Of a stretch of 64,000 nucleotides of DNA, positions 19,222 through 27,935 are shown piece after piece. How positions within the stretch are numbered: the first letter of the stretch is position 1; each line of letters begins with the position of its first letter. This stretch comes from Candidatus Latescibacterota bacterium (GTDB taxonomy: Bacteria > Latescibacterota > UBA2968 > UBA8231). The DNA lies in assembly GCA_965248265.1 (NCBI GenBank), contig CBDFJF010000002.1, positions 704,001 through 768,000 of the forward strand. The letters are read 5' to 3'. Both the position numbers and the translations under genes were made by a program. A model generated the notes under the pieces. The model saw only the letters and a list, made by a program, of their open reading frames with translations, searched no databases and had not been told where the DNA came from.

Positions 19222-19307
19222 ATTGTATTTACCCCTTCCTTGCCTTTCCGACGCACTTTCCGTTTTTCCGGCCGACTTCCAGCGACAGGACGACGAGACC
19301 GCGACGT

Positions 19308-20054
19308 CTAGCGCGTGTAGATCATTCCGGTTACATAGTCAGCGGCGTCGGAGGCGAGTAAGGCCAGGACTTTGGCGACGCCGTCGGGGTGTCCGAGCTT
19401 GGGCTCCCACTCCGCCAGCGCCTCCTGCTCGGTGATACCCTCCTGTTTGCCGATGTCGCGGATGGCCTGCAACTTGAGTGGTGTGGCGATCTGGTCGGGA
19501 CATATTACGTTGACGCGGATACCCGCCGGTTTCAGCTGTGCTTCCAGGGTATAGGCAAGCCCCTGAATCCCGCCCTTGCTGGCACCGTAGGCGACGGAGC
19601 CGCTGGGGACCCGGGTGCCGGCCGTGGAGCCCATGAAGAGGATGACGCCACCACCGCTCTTCTCCATCAAGGGGACGACGTGATGGGCGCACAAGAACGA
19701 CCCCTTCAAGTTGACATTGAGGAGCTTGTCCCACACCGCCTCCTCGTAGTCGTCGACTCGCACATTCGGGCTGGCGTAGACGCCGGCGCAACTGATAAGG
19801 ACATCCAGACGACCGAACTGGTTGTCGACGAACTCTACCAGGGCGGCGACGCTATCCGATGAGGTGACATTCGTTTCGACGAAATGGGCCTGATCGCCAG
19901 CGGACTTGATCGCAGATACTGTGGCACGACCTTCGTCGGCATTCATGTCGGCGACGACGATGGATGCACCCTCCGCGGCGACAACCTGAGCAGTGGCCTC
20001 ACCGATGCCGGTCGCTCCGCCGGTGAGCAGAATGACTTTGTCCTGAAGGAGCAT
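19308..20054 (-). CDS. SDR family NAD(P)-dependent oxidoreductase
   Basis: TGGATGIG, YGASK catalytic motif, GIRVNVICP. Start set at MLLQDK (20054). Confidence 0.93.
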   Translation of the reverse strand: MLLQDKVILLTGGATGIGEATAQVVAAEGASIVVADMNADEGRATVSAIKSAGDQAHFVETNVTSSDSVAALVEFVDNQFGRLDVLISCAGVYASPNVRVDDYEEAVWDKLLNVNLKGSFLCAHHVVPLMEKSGGGVILFMGSTAGTRVPSGSVAYGASKGGIQGLAYTLEAQLKPAGIRVNVICPDQIATPLKLQAIRDIGKQEGITEQEALAEWEPKLGHPDGVAKVLALLASDAADYVTGMIYTR

Positions 20055-20216
20055 GTAGTTTTTCCCGTTTAACACGACCGGCGGTCTTTGAACCCCGTCC
20101 TCATCGCTGTGATGTTGTGATCGAATATCCTGCGCGGAGAAGCTAGGACAGCGTCGGAGAGAAATCAAAACGAGCCAAATGGTCGCCGTGCGTCTGTCAC
20201 GTCAGACGGAACATGT

Positions 20217-20245
20217 TTGACCTTCTACAGACCGCCCGCTATCTT
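20217..20245 (+). promoter_or_regulatory. Putative sigma70 promoter of tRNA-Leu (TTGACC-N17-TATCTT)
   Basis: Near-consensus, 17-bp spacer, GC-rich discriminator, about 23 bp before the tRNA. Confidence 0.6.
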
Positions 20246-20268
20246 CCGCCGCTCGATGAATCCATAGT

Positions 20269-20357
20269 GCCGGGATGGCGAAACTGGTATACGCGACGGA
20301 CTTAAAATCCGTTGGGCGTAACAGCCCGTGCCGGTTCGAGTCCGGCTCCCGGCACCA
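20269..20357 (+). tRNA. tRNA-Leu (TAA)
   Basis: GCCGGGA/TCCCGGC acceptor stem, ACGGA-CTTAAAA-TCCGT anticodon arm, long variable arm, GGTTCGAGTCC, encoded CCA. Confidence 0.96.
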
Positions 20358-20382
20358 ATGAAAACAGCAGGTTAGAGCGACT

Positions 20383-20410
20383 AAGGGCCTTCAGCGCGGA
20401 GGCCCTTTTT
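20383..20410 (+). terminator. Intrinsic terminator after tRNA-Leu
   Basis: AAGGGCCTTC-AGCGC-GGAGGCCCTT followed by a T-run. Confidence 0.75.
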
Positions 20411-20647
20411 CTATGCAGAGATGGGGCGATTGTGCCAATCACGGCCGAAGCTCCTGCTTGCCAAGCAGAAATGAACACATCCGGTTCTTTTCGAGCCAGT
20501 TCGCAAGAGCGATCGCATCGTCGCCTGAGAGCCGAAGTCGAATTGACCTGGTTCCTCTGACAGGTCGAATCGGTGTGGATCGCCATCGCCTGTCGACAGC
20601 TTGCACACCAGCCTGCAAGGGCTGAATTTGAACTCTCAGAATCCACC

Positions 20648-21850
20648 ATGAAAATTACCGACATACACACTCTGTGCCTCTCTCGGCCACACGAGCCCGA
20701 GCTTGAGTGGTTCAGCCACCGCTTTCGCGTGTACAAGGCGGACTGTCCTATCATCGTCATCGACACCGATGCCGGCATTCAGGGGATCAGCGAGCCGTCG
20801 ACCTACGGGAAGCCGCCTCTCATACGTGAGCGAATCGAATCGCTGAAACCGACTCTGGTCGGCCGCGAGGTGGATGCCCCGTCTCTGGTCCAGGCCAATG
20901 TCGGAAACAGAGAGACCGACATCGTCAACGCCGGCATCGATCTGGCGCTATGGGACATTCGCGCAAAGGCAGCCGGCAAACGTGTCGCTGACCTGCTCGT
21001 CGATCAGATACAGGGCGGGATTCCCGGGCCGCTGCGCCAACCGACCGAGCGCCTGCGCTTGTACGCATCAGCCGGGGTGCAATATGATTGGGATAATCAC
21101 CCCGAGTCCGTCATCGACGAGGCGGTCAGCCTGGCCGAGCGCGGCTACACGGCCTACAAGATGCGCATCGGTACCGAGTGGGAGTGGTCGGGTGTTACCG
21201 TCGACCGGTTGTTGACGTTGACCGGCAAGGTGATGGAGGCCGTCGGCGACCGCATGGAACTGATGCTGGAGGGGAACTGCCGTTTCACCGAAGCTCAAGC
21301 CCTGGAGGTCGGCCGCTGGCTCGGCGCCAATGGGTGGGCTTGGTTCGAGGAGCCGGTCCCGGTTGAGAGCGCCGAGGATGGCATGCCGAGGGCCAGTGAT
21401 GTCGACGCCTATGCCCGATTGAACGCGGCGCTGGATATTCCGATAACGGGTGGTGAGTCGAAATCGATGCTGGCGATGTTCGAGCCGTTCTTCGACAAGA
21501 AGGCCTACGCCAAAGGCCAGCTCGACGTCGGGGTCTGCAGTCTGACCGAGGCAATCCGCATCTGGAAAGGGGGGCACGAGTGCGGCATTCCCGTGTTCAC
21601 ACAAAACTGGCACAACGGCCTGCTCACGGTCTCCAACGCCCACTTTCTGGCGGCCTTGCCGGAGCCGGTCGTCTTGGAGCAATTCGTCGGACAGGGGCCG
21701 CTGCAGTGGGACATTCTCAAGGAGCGGCCGATCGAAGATGGCTACTTCTATCTACCTGAAGGACCGGGATGGGGGGTCGAGCTTGCCGACGATCTGGAAG
21801 AGCGCTTCCCATGGGTCGATGGTCCCTGGGGAGTGGAAGTCACGCGCTGA
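20648..21850 (+). CDS. Mandelate racemase/muconate lactonizing enzyme (enolase superfamily) protein
   Basis: MKITDI...IDTDAGIQG, GIDLALWDI.AK, YAS, WFEEP, GGE, P.GPGWGVE. Confidence 0.9.
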   Translation: MKITDIHTLCLSRPHEPELEWFSHRFRVYKADCPIIVIDTDAGIQGISEPSTYGKPPLIRERIESLKPTLVGREVDAPSLVQANVGNRETDIVNAGIDLALWDIRAKAAGKRVADLLVDQIQGGIPGPLRQPTERLRLYASAGVQYDWDNHPESVIDEAVSLAERGYTAYKMRIGTEWEWSGVTVDRLLTLTGKVMEAVGDRMELMLEGNCRFTEAQALEVGRWLGANGWAWFEEPVPVESAEDGMPRASDVDAYARLNAALDIPITGGESKSMLAMFEPFFDKKAYAKGQLDVGVCSLTEAIRIWKGGHECGIPVFTQNWHNGLLTVSNAHFLAALPEPVVLEQFVGQGPLQWDILKERPIEDGYFYLPEGPGWGVELADDLEERFPWVDGPWGVEVTR

Positions 21851-21862
21851 AGGAGTGGACGC

Positions 21863-22113
21863 ATGACCCCTGAAGGCCGGCGACGTCGTCATCTTCTCCG
21901 AGCTGACGACTCATGGGGTGATTTCGTGGCGTCCGCAGGATCGGCAGCGACGGATGGTCAACTACCGCTACAAGGTCCAGCATCGCGGCTACGAGCATCG
22001 GTACACATCCGGATTGAAAGCTGCTGCTACCCGAACTCGTCGAACTGGTCAGCGACGAGGATTACATGAGCCACAAACAGATCGGCAAATCGGACAGAGT
22101 CGAGCTGACGTGA
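21863..22113 (+). pseudogene. Truncated and frameshifted phytanoyl-CoA dioxygenase (PhyH-like, Fe/2OG) remnant
   Basis: AAGGAG+ATG at 21863 is out of frame with LKAGDVVIFSELTTHGVISW..QDRQRRMVNYRY (frame from 21870). A second shift near 22025 leads to LLPELVELVSDEDYMSHKQIGKSDRVELT* ending at 22113. The N-terminal HxD half is missing. Confidence 0.7.
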
Positions 22114-22141
22114 AGAGGCTCTTCGCCCGCGACTCAAACGC

Positions 22142-24088
22142 TTGGCTGTGACGCCATCGTCGTCGCCCTTCACTGCCAAGGGTTTTCTGGTCGGTGCGAT
22201 CGGCTCGCTGCTGGTAAGCATGTGCGCGCCCTACGTCGTGTTCATGCTCCAGGCTTCGTCCATGGGCATCAACAGCTCCTCCCCGGGCGCCATCTTCTTC
22301 TTTTTCATCCTCGTATTCGTAGTCAATACCCTGCTCGGCCTGATCAAGCGGCGTTTCGCTCTGGGTCGAGGCGACCTCGTCCTCGTCTACGCCATGCTGA
22401 TGATGGCGGTGACGGTGCCGACGTACAATTTTGTCAACTACTTGCTGGCGATGGTCACGGGACCGTACTACCTGGCCAGTGCCGAGAACGAGTTCGAGCA
22501 GGTCTATCACCCACACATCGCCGACTGGATGGTGCCGCAGGATCATCAGGCGATCGTCGGTTTGTTCGAGGGGTTGCCGCGGGGGCAGTCGATCCCGTGG
22601 GGTGCCTGGGTCGAGCCACTCGGGTACTGGTTCGCCTTCTTCCTGGCGCTCAGCTTCATGATGATCTGCATGGGCACGATCCTGCACCGGCAGTGGTCGC
22701 AGCACGAGCGCCTGAGCTATCCGATGGTGCAGCTGCCGACCAAGATGATCGAAGGCAGCGATTCAACCTCTGCCCGCATACTGCCGTTCTTCAAGAGCAA
22801 GGCCATGTGGGTGGGGTTTGCCGTCCCCTTCACCCTGTTCAGTTTCACCGGGTTGCACCACTACTATCCCGGTGTGCCCGATTTCCCCTTCTACCTGGGA
22901 TGGGTGCACTGGTTTCGCGGTCTGGATGCCTGGGGCGAGGGGATCGCGCTGAGCTACGCCTGGGTCGGATTTTTCTACCTCGTCGATCTCGATATCTCTT
23001 TCAGCATCTGGTTTTTCTACCTGATGCTGAAACTGCAGGGTGGATTGTTCCGCCATCTGGGCATCGCCAGTACCGAAAAACTGAGCCAGTACGAGTACTC
23101 GCAGACAGCGGATTTCTCCCATCAGGCGGCTGGAGCCGTCATCGTCTTCGTCCTCTACGGCTTGTGGATGGCTCGTGGCCACCTGCGCGATGTCATCATC
23201 AAGGCCTGGCGTCCGTCGCAAGGCGTCGACGACAGTGAGGAGCTGATGCCCTACCGCCTGGCCTTCTTCGGCGGTATCGCTTCAGCCCTGTTCGTGTGTG
23301 TGTGGTTGTGGCGCTCGGGCATTCCGCTGATCGTCGTTCCCGTGTTCTTCGCCATCTGCATCATCTATTACATCTTCATCACCCGCGTCGTCGCCGCCAG
23401 CGGGGTGCCGACGGCCCGTCCACCTCTGGTCGCTCCGTACTTCGTGATCTCGGGCATGGGAACATCGATTCTGGGAGCCAAGGGCCTGGTGGCGATGGGG
23501 TTTACGATGGTATGGCAGGCGGAGATGCGCCTGTTTCCGATGCTGGCCTGTGCCAATGCGCTCAAGCTGGCGGAGACCGTTCGCGGTCCCAAGAGGCGGC
23601 TGCTGTGGGGCATGCTGCTGGCATTGGTCTGCGGACTGGTGGGTTCCACCTGGGTGAACATGCACATCGGTTACGGCTATGGTGGCAATAACCTGGGAAG
23701 CTATCCCGGATTCGCCTATAACTGGGATTACATGCTATCGTGGATGCACAACCCGACGGAAGCCAATGTCAGAGGATGGTTCTTCACCGGCATCGGCGGT
23801 ACCATCGAGGGATTGCTGCTGCTGGCACAAAAGCGCTGGTTCTGGTGGCCGCTGCATCCGCTCGGGTTCACGGTAGCCGTCGGCTGGTTGACCAGCGAAA
23901 TCTGGTTCCCCGCCTTCGTGGCCTGGATTCTCAAGCTCGCCATCGTCGGCTACGGCGGTGTCCGTCTGTATCAGTTGTTCAAGCCATTCTTTCTGGGAAT
24001 GATTCTGGGTGAGGTGACGGTGGCCGGGTTCTGGGCCTTCGTCGATTCGATTACGGGTGCCACGGGAAATGTCATCACCTATATGTGA
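22142..24088 (+). CDS. Polytopic membrane protein, DUF6785/DUF6784-like (putative peptide/solute transporter)
   Basis: Many TM helices; RQW..HERL.YP, WPLHPLGF and PFFLG.ILGE motifs. Confidence 0.75.
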   Translation: MAVTPSSSPFTAKGFLVGAIGSLLVSMCAPYVVFMLQASSMGINSSSPGAIFFFFILVFVVNTLLGLIKRRFALGRGDLVLVYAMLMMAVTVPTYNFVNYLLAMVTGPYYLASAENEFEQVYHPHIADWMVPQDHQAIVGLFEGLPRGQSIPWGAWVEPLGYWFAFFLALSFMMICMGTILHRQWSQHERLSYPMVQLPTKMIEGSDSTSARILPFFKSKAMWVGFAVPFTLFSFTGLHHYYPGVPDFPFYLGWVHWFRGLDAWGEGIALSYAWVGFFYLVDLDISFSIWFFYLMLKLQGGLFRHLGIASTEKLSQYEYSQTADFSHQAAGAVIVFVLYGLWMARGHLRDVIIKAWRPSQGVDDSEELMPYRLAFFGGIASALFVCVWLWRSGIPLIVVPVFFAICIIYYIFITRVVAASGVPTARPPLVAPYFVISGMGTSILGAKGLVAMGFTMVWQAEMRLFPMLACANALKLAETVRGPKRRLLWGMLLALVCGLVGSTWVNMHIGYGYGGNNLGSYPGFAYNWDYMLSWMHNPTEANVRGWFFTGIGGTIEGLLLLAQKRWFWWPLHPLGFTVAVGWLTSEIWFPAFVAWILKLAIVGYGGVRLYQLFKPFFLGMILGEVTVAGFWAFVDSITGATGNVITYM

Positions 24089-24845
24089 GCGGTCGGTCTC
24101 GATCGTCGTCATTCTGCTGGCAGGGTTAGTCGCAGCCGGATTAACCCACTGCGCACCGGATGAGAATGGCGCGGCTGACGGACAACGAGTGCGCTCGAGT
24201 GCTCCTGACTCAGCCGGTTTCTATCTGCGACGTGGCCGCCTTTACATGAAGGAGCACGTCTACTCACGAGCGATCGATCAGCTCACACAGGCCGTACGGC
24301 TGGACCCCGAATCCGCCCAAGCTCAGAGTCTGCTCGGCCTGGCGTACGCTCTCAGATTGAAGCCAGGCATTGCTATTCAGCATATCGACAAAGCCATCGC
24401 CCTCGACCCCGACAACGGCACTTATCACATGCACCTGGGTAAGGCTTATATGTTATTAACTGACTACGACCGAGCGAAGGGGGCTTACACACGCGCCATC
24501 GAGTTGGGGCTGAAGCGCGCCAAACCCTTTTACGATCTCGGTGTCATCAGTGAGCGCGAGGGTCAGCTACAAGAGGCCCGGACGTTCTACGAGAAAGCGA
24601 TCGAGATGGTTCCCGAGATGGCTGCTCCATGCAACCTGCGGCTGGGGATCATCGCTGAAAAACGGGGTGATCCCGCACGAGCCATCCATCTGCTGGCAGC
24701 AGCACTCGAAGCAGATCCTGATCTGACGGCGGCCCACTATCGCATCGCGCAGCTGTACCTGAAAACCGGAAGCCATGCACTGGCTGATCACCACCTGCAA
24801 CAGTTTCGCCACTTGAAGACAGCTGAAGGACGTGCTGGTGGCTGA
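24069..24845 (+). CDS. TPR-repeat protein, probable lipoprotein
   Basis: Hydrophobic leader ending LTH-C; about six TPR units (AIDQLTQAVRLDP, AIALDPDNGTYHMHLG). Start uncertain. Confidence 0.8.
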   Translation: MSSPICERSVSIVVILLAGLVAAGLTHCAPDENGAADGQRVRSSAPDSAGFYLRRGRLYMKEHVYSRAIDQLTQAVRLDPESAQAQSLLGLAYALRLKPGIAIQHIDKAIALDPDNGTYHMHLGKAYMLLTDYDRAKGAYTRAIELGLKRAKPFYDLGVISEREGQLQEARTFYEKAIEMVPEMAAPCNLRLGIIAEKRGDPARAIHLLAAALEADPDLTAAHYRIAQLYLKTGSHALADHHLQQFRHLKTAEGRAGG

Positions 24846-24922
24846 CCGACTTGACGCGCGGTCTTCGAGTTTGATATCGTCAGGAACCTACACAGACAAC
24901 CAGACAAAAGGAGAGTCTTCAA

Positions 24923-25723
24923 ATGGCCGCATACGACGGCAAGGTCGTCATCGTTACAGGTGGAGCCAAGGGTATCGGGGCCGGCATCTGCCGGGCTTTC
25001 GCCCGGGAGGGGGCACACGTCGCCTCCGTCGACATCGATATTACCGCAGGTGAGGCGATTGCTGTAGAGGGGAAAGCACTGGCTGGCGAGATCCGCTTCT
25101 TCGACGCGGATGTGTCGGAGGGCGATGTCTGCCGGAGCCTGGTAGCAGACGTAATCAATGCGTTCGGTGGTGGAGCAGACGTCCTGTGCAATAACGTCGG
25201 TATTCAACCAACGAACAGCTATCTGCTGGCTCACGAAACCCCGGATGATCTCTGGGATCGCATCATAGACGTCAACCTGAAGAGCCACTTCCTGATGACG
25301 AAACATTGTGTCCCGCACATGATGGAGAAGGGCAAGGGGGTCATCATTAACACCGCCAGCGTCCAGGGCCTGCAGTCAGCGAACCTCATAGCGGCGTACG
25401 CGGCCAGCAAGGGCGGTATCCTGTCCCTGACGCGGCAGCTGGCTCTGGATTACGCCCAGCACGGGATTCGCGTGGTGGCGGTGAATCCTGGTGGCATCGA
25501 GACGCCCCTCGTCGACGAGGCGGTCGCGGCTTTCGGCGTGGACCGCGACAAGTTCATGGTCGACTACGACAAGATTCACCCGATCGGCCGGCGCGGACAG
25601 CCGAGTGACATCGCCGCCGCCATGCTCTTTCTGGCCAGCGACCAGGCGTCCTTCATCACCGGTGAATACCTGTCCGTCGACGGTGGCCTGATGGCGAAAG
25701 GGGCGTGGGCGGATCTGGGGTAA
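24923..25723 (+). CDS. SDR family NAD(P)-dependent oxidoreductase
   Basis: TGGAKGIG, NNVG, YAASK, ITGE...VDGG. AAGGAG RBS. Confidence 0.95.
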   Translation: MAAYDGKVVIVTGGAKGIGAGICRAFAREGAHVASVDIDITAGEAIAVEGKALAGEIRFFDADVSEGDVCRSLVADVINAFGGGADVLCNNVGIQPTNSYLLAHETPDDLWDRIIDVNLKSHFLMTKHCVPHMMEKGKGVIINTASVQGLQSANLIAAYAASKGGILSLTRQLALDYAQHGIRVVAVNPGGIETPLVDEAVAAFGVDRDKFMVDYDKIHPIGRRGQPSDIAAAMLFLASDQASFITGEYLSVDGGLMAKGAWADLG

Positions 25724-25831
25724 GCACCGTCAGCCGTGGCGACAAACTCATCATGACAGCACTATGGTTGACGACATGACGCGGAAGCCCTTCGGCGCTG
25801 CGGTTGCGTCGCCGTCGAGGGCATCGACTTC

Positions 25832-26689
25832 GTGATCTGGTTACTCCTCGCAGTACTCACCTCATTCAGTTTTGGCCAACTGTTCAAGTGGTCCCAACGC
25901 CGCGGCTTCTATGCGCCAGTTGTGGTGACGACGAACTACTTTGTCGTGGCCCTGATGCTGAGCGCCGTCCTGATTCTAGGCCGTGGCTTCAACCTCGATC
26001 TACAGGTTCTCCTGGTCGGCTCGGTAACTGGCGTGGCCTTCATCACTTCCATGCTGCTGTGGACGTGGGCATTGACCGTTTCGAACGTGACTACTGCGCT
26101 CATGGCATTCCGCTTGTCCATGCTCGTGCCCATCGTTGCCGGCGCCGTGGTGTGGCAAGAGGAGGTGTCCCGGGTGCAACTGCTCGGGATTTTTGTAGCG
26201 CTGTGCTCGTTGTTGTTGATGAGCATGGGGGGACGCGCCAGTGTCCAGCGCATCTCTCGTGTTCAGCAAGTCCTGATTGCCTTCGGCATATTCGTGATGC
26301 AGGGAATCTCGCAGCTGTGCAATCGTTGGGTGCGGCCAGCCGGTCTGGACGACCAGCATCTCGAGGTGATCGTGATCACGGCCACTACCGCCGCTGTGAT
26401 CGGGTCGGCGGCCGTGTTGCTGCTACCCCGGCACCCGGACAGTGCGCCGCGCGTGAGTCTGCCAGCTCTGCGTATGGGGGCGGGAATCGGCCTCTTCAAC
26501 GGCATCGCACTGGTTATCATGTTGATCGCCCTGAGCCGTTTCGACGGGGCTCAGTACTACCCGATCAACGGCTGCGCCGTCGTCATCATGGACTGCCTGT
26601 TCGCACATTTTCTGTGGAAAGAGCGCCTGTCAGCTCTTACCATCGCGGGAGCGGCATTGGGTGGCTGTTCGATGTTTCTGGTTTTTTGA
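25832..26689 (+). CDS. DMT/EamA family membrane transporter
   Basis: About 10 TM segments in two repeats; C-terminal LWKERLS...AG. Confidence 0.8.
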   Translation: MIWLLLAVLTSFSFGQLFKWSQRRGFYAPVVVTTNYFVVALMLSAVLILGRGFNLDLQVLLVGSVTGVAFITSMLLWTWALTVSNVTTALMAFRLSMLVPIVAGAVVWQEEVSRVQLLGIFVALCSLLLMSMGGRASVQRISRVQQVLIAFGIFVMQGISQLCNRWVRPAGLDDQHLEVIVITATTAAVIGSAAVLLLPRHPDSAPRVSLPALRMGAGIGLFNGIALVIMLIALSRFDGAQYYPINGCAVVIMDCLFAHFLWKERLSALTIAGAALGGCSMFLVF

Positions 26690-26708
26690 AATCCGCTCTT
26701 CCCCTTTC

Positions 26709-27557
26709 CTACAGGTTCCAGCGGTCCTCGAAGGCCTCTTCCACGCTGAGCTTGACCATGCTGAAGCGCTTGGCCGAGGGGATGTGGCGGGCGGTCCATT
26801 TGACGGCGAACTCGATGTCGGCATCCGTGTAGCCGTCGTTTTTCAGGTCGGAATACTGGTCGAGGTCCTGCTCGAGGTGATCATCGGGCGGCATCTCGTG
26901 CACCAGCTCGTAGAACATCATCACCAGCACCGACTCCTGATCTGCGGTCAGCGAATCGGCAGGGGCCGGCGTTGTTTCCTCGACGGCGTCATCGCCGTCT
27001 GCTGAGGTCTGCAACTCCTGGGTGCCGGCATCCACCGCGTCTTCCTCCGTACCGGCAACGGCGGAAGCAGCTTCTTGGGTAGTGCTGTCATCGGGTACCC
27101 CTCCAGACTCGTAGAGTTTCTTGTAACGCGTGATCATATCATTGGCGTCGTTCAGCCGGTCTGCCAACACACGAATCAGATTCCGGTAGACCTTGATCCG
27201 CAGGTCCACGTGCCGATCGAGGAGGGATTCGAAATCGTGGTGCTCGATTCGGAGCAAGCGGGATGGCTCACTGGTGATGACGGTTGCCGACCGAGGCTTG
27301 CGATTCACGAATCCCATTTCGCCGACCGTCGTCACCGGACGTACGTCCGCAAGAGCGGTGCCATCACGGCTGACGATTTTGAGTGCGCCTTCAAGCAGGA
27401 TGAAGAAGCGACGACTCGCCGTTCCGTACTCGCAGATGACCTCGTCCACGGGGCATTTGGTCGTTTTGCAGATCTCCATGAAGAGCTTGACGTCGCGTGG
27501 TTTGAGGCCGAAAAACAGCGGCACCTTCTGCGTCAATTGCTGCGCCAGACTGGGCAC
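26709..27557 (-). CDS. Cyclic nucleotide-binding domain protein with acidic linker and unidentified C-terminal helical domain
   Basis: VPLF.GL, FFILLEG, intact phosphate-binding cassette GEMGFVNRKPRSAT, C-helix LADRL. Confidence 0.88.
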   Translation of the reverse strand: MPSLAQQLTQKVPLFFGLKPRDVKLFMEICKTTKCPVDEVICEYGTASRRFFILLEGALKIVSRDGTALADVRPVTTVGEMGFVNRKPRSATVITSEPSRLLRIEHHDFESLLDRHVDLRIKVYRNLIRVLADRLNDANDMITRYKKLYESGGVPDDSTTQEAASAVAGTEEDAVDAGTQELQTSADGDDAVEETTPAPADSLTADQESVLVMMFYELVHEMPPDDHLEQDLDQYSDLKNDGYTDADIEFAVKWTARHIPSAKRFSMVKLSVEEAFEDRWNL

Positions 27558-27560
27558 GGA

Positions 27561-27935
27561 TCAGGCCTCCCCTTCCATGACCTTGGAGATCTCGCCGGCA
27601 ATACGCTGTACCTTGAAAGGCTTGGCGACTACCTTCCTGACCTCGTGCTCCAGCAGAACCTCAAGGACTTTGGGTGTCAAGTATCCGGAGATGACGATGA
27701 TGGGAACCTGAGTGCCTTTCTTGCGTATGTAGCGGACGAAGTCGTCACCGTGAATGGCCGGCATCTTGATGTCGAGCAGCATGAGGGAGATGCTCTCTCG
27801 CTGCAGGATCGCCCAAGCCTCGGTCGCACGATCTGCTGTTGACGTTTCGTACCCCATGGCGAGGCTGATGTCGCGCAGCAGGTCGCGATATTCCTGGGAG
27901 TTATCGACGATCAAGATGCGCTTGGGCATCATCAC
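27561..27935 (-). CDS. Single-domain response regulator (receiver)
   Basis: ILIVDN, LLDIKMP, ISG, KPF. Confidence 0.92.
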   Translation of the reverse strand: MMMPKRILIVDNSQEYRDLLRDISLAMGYETSTADRATEAWAILQRESISLMLLDIKMPAIHGDDFVRYIRKKGTQVPIIVISGYLTPKVLEVLLEHEVRKVVAKPFKVQRIAGEISKVMEGEA

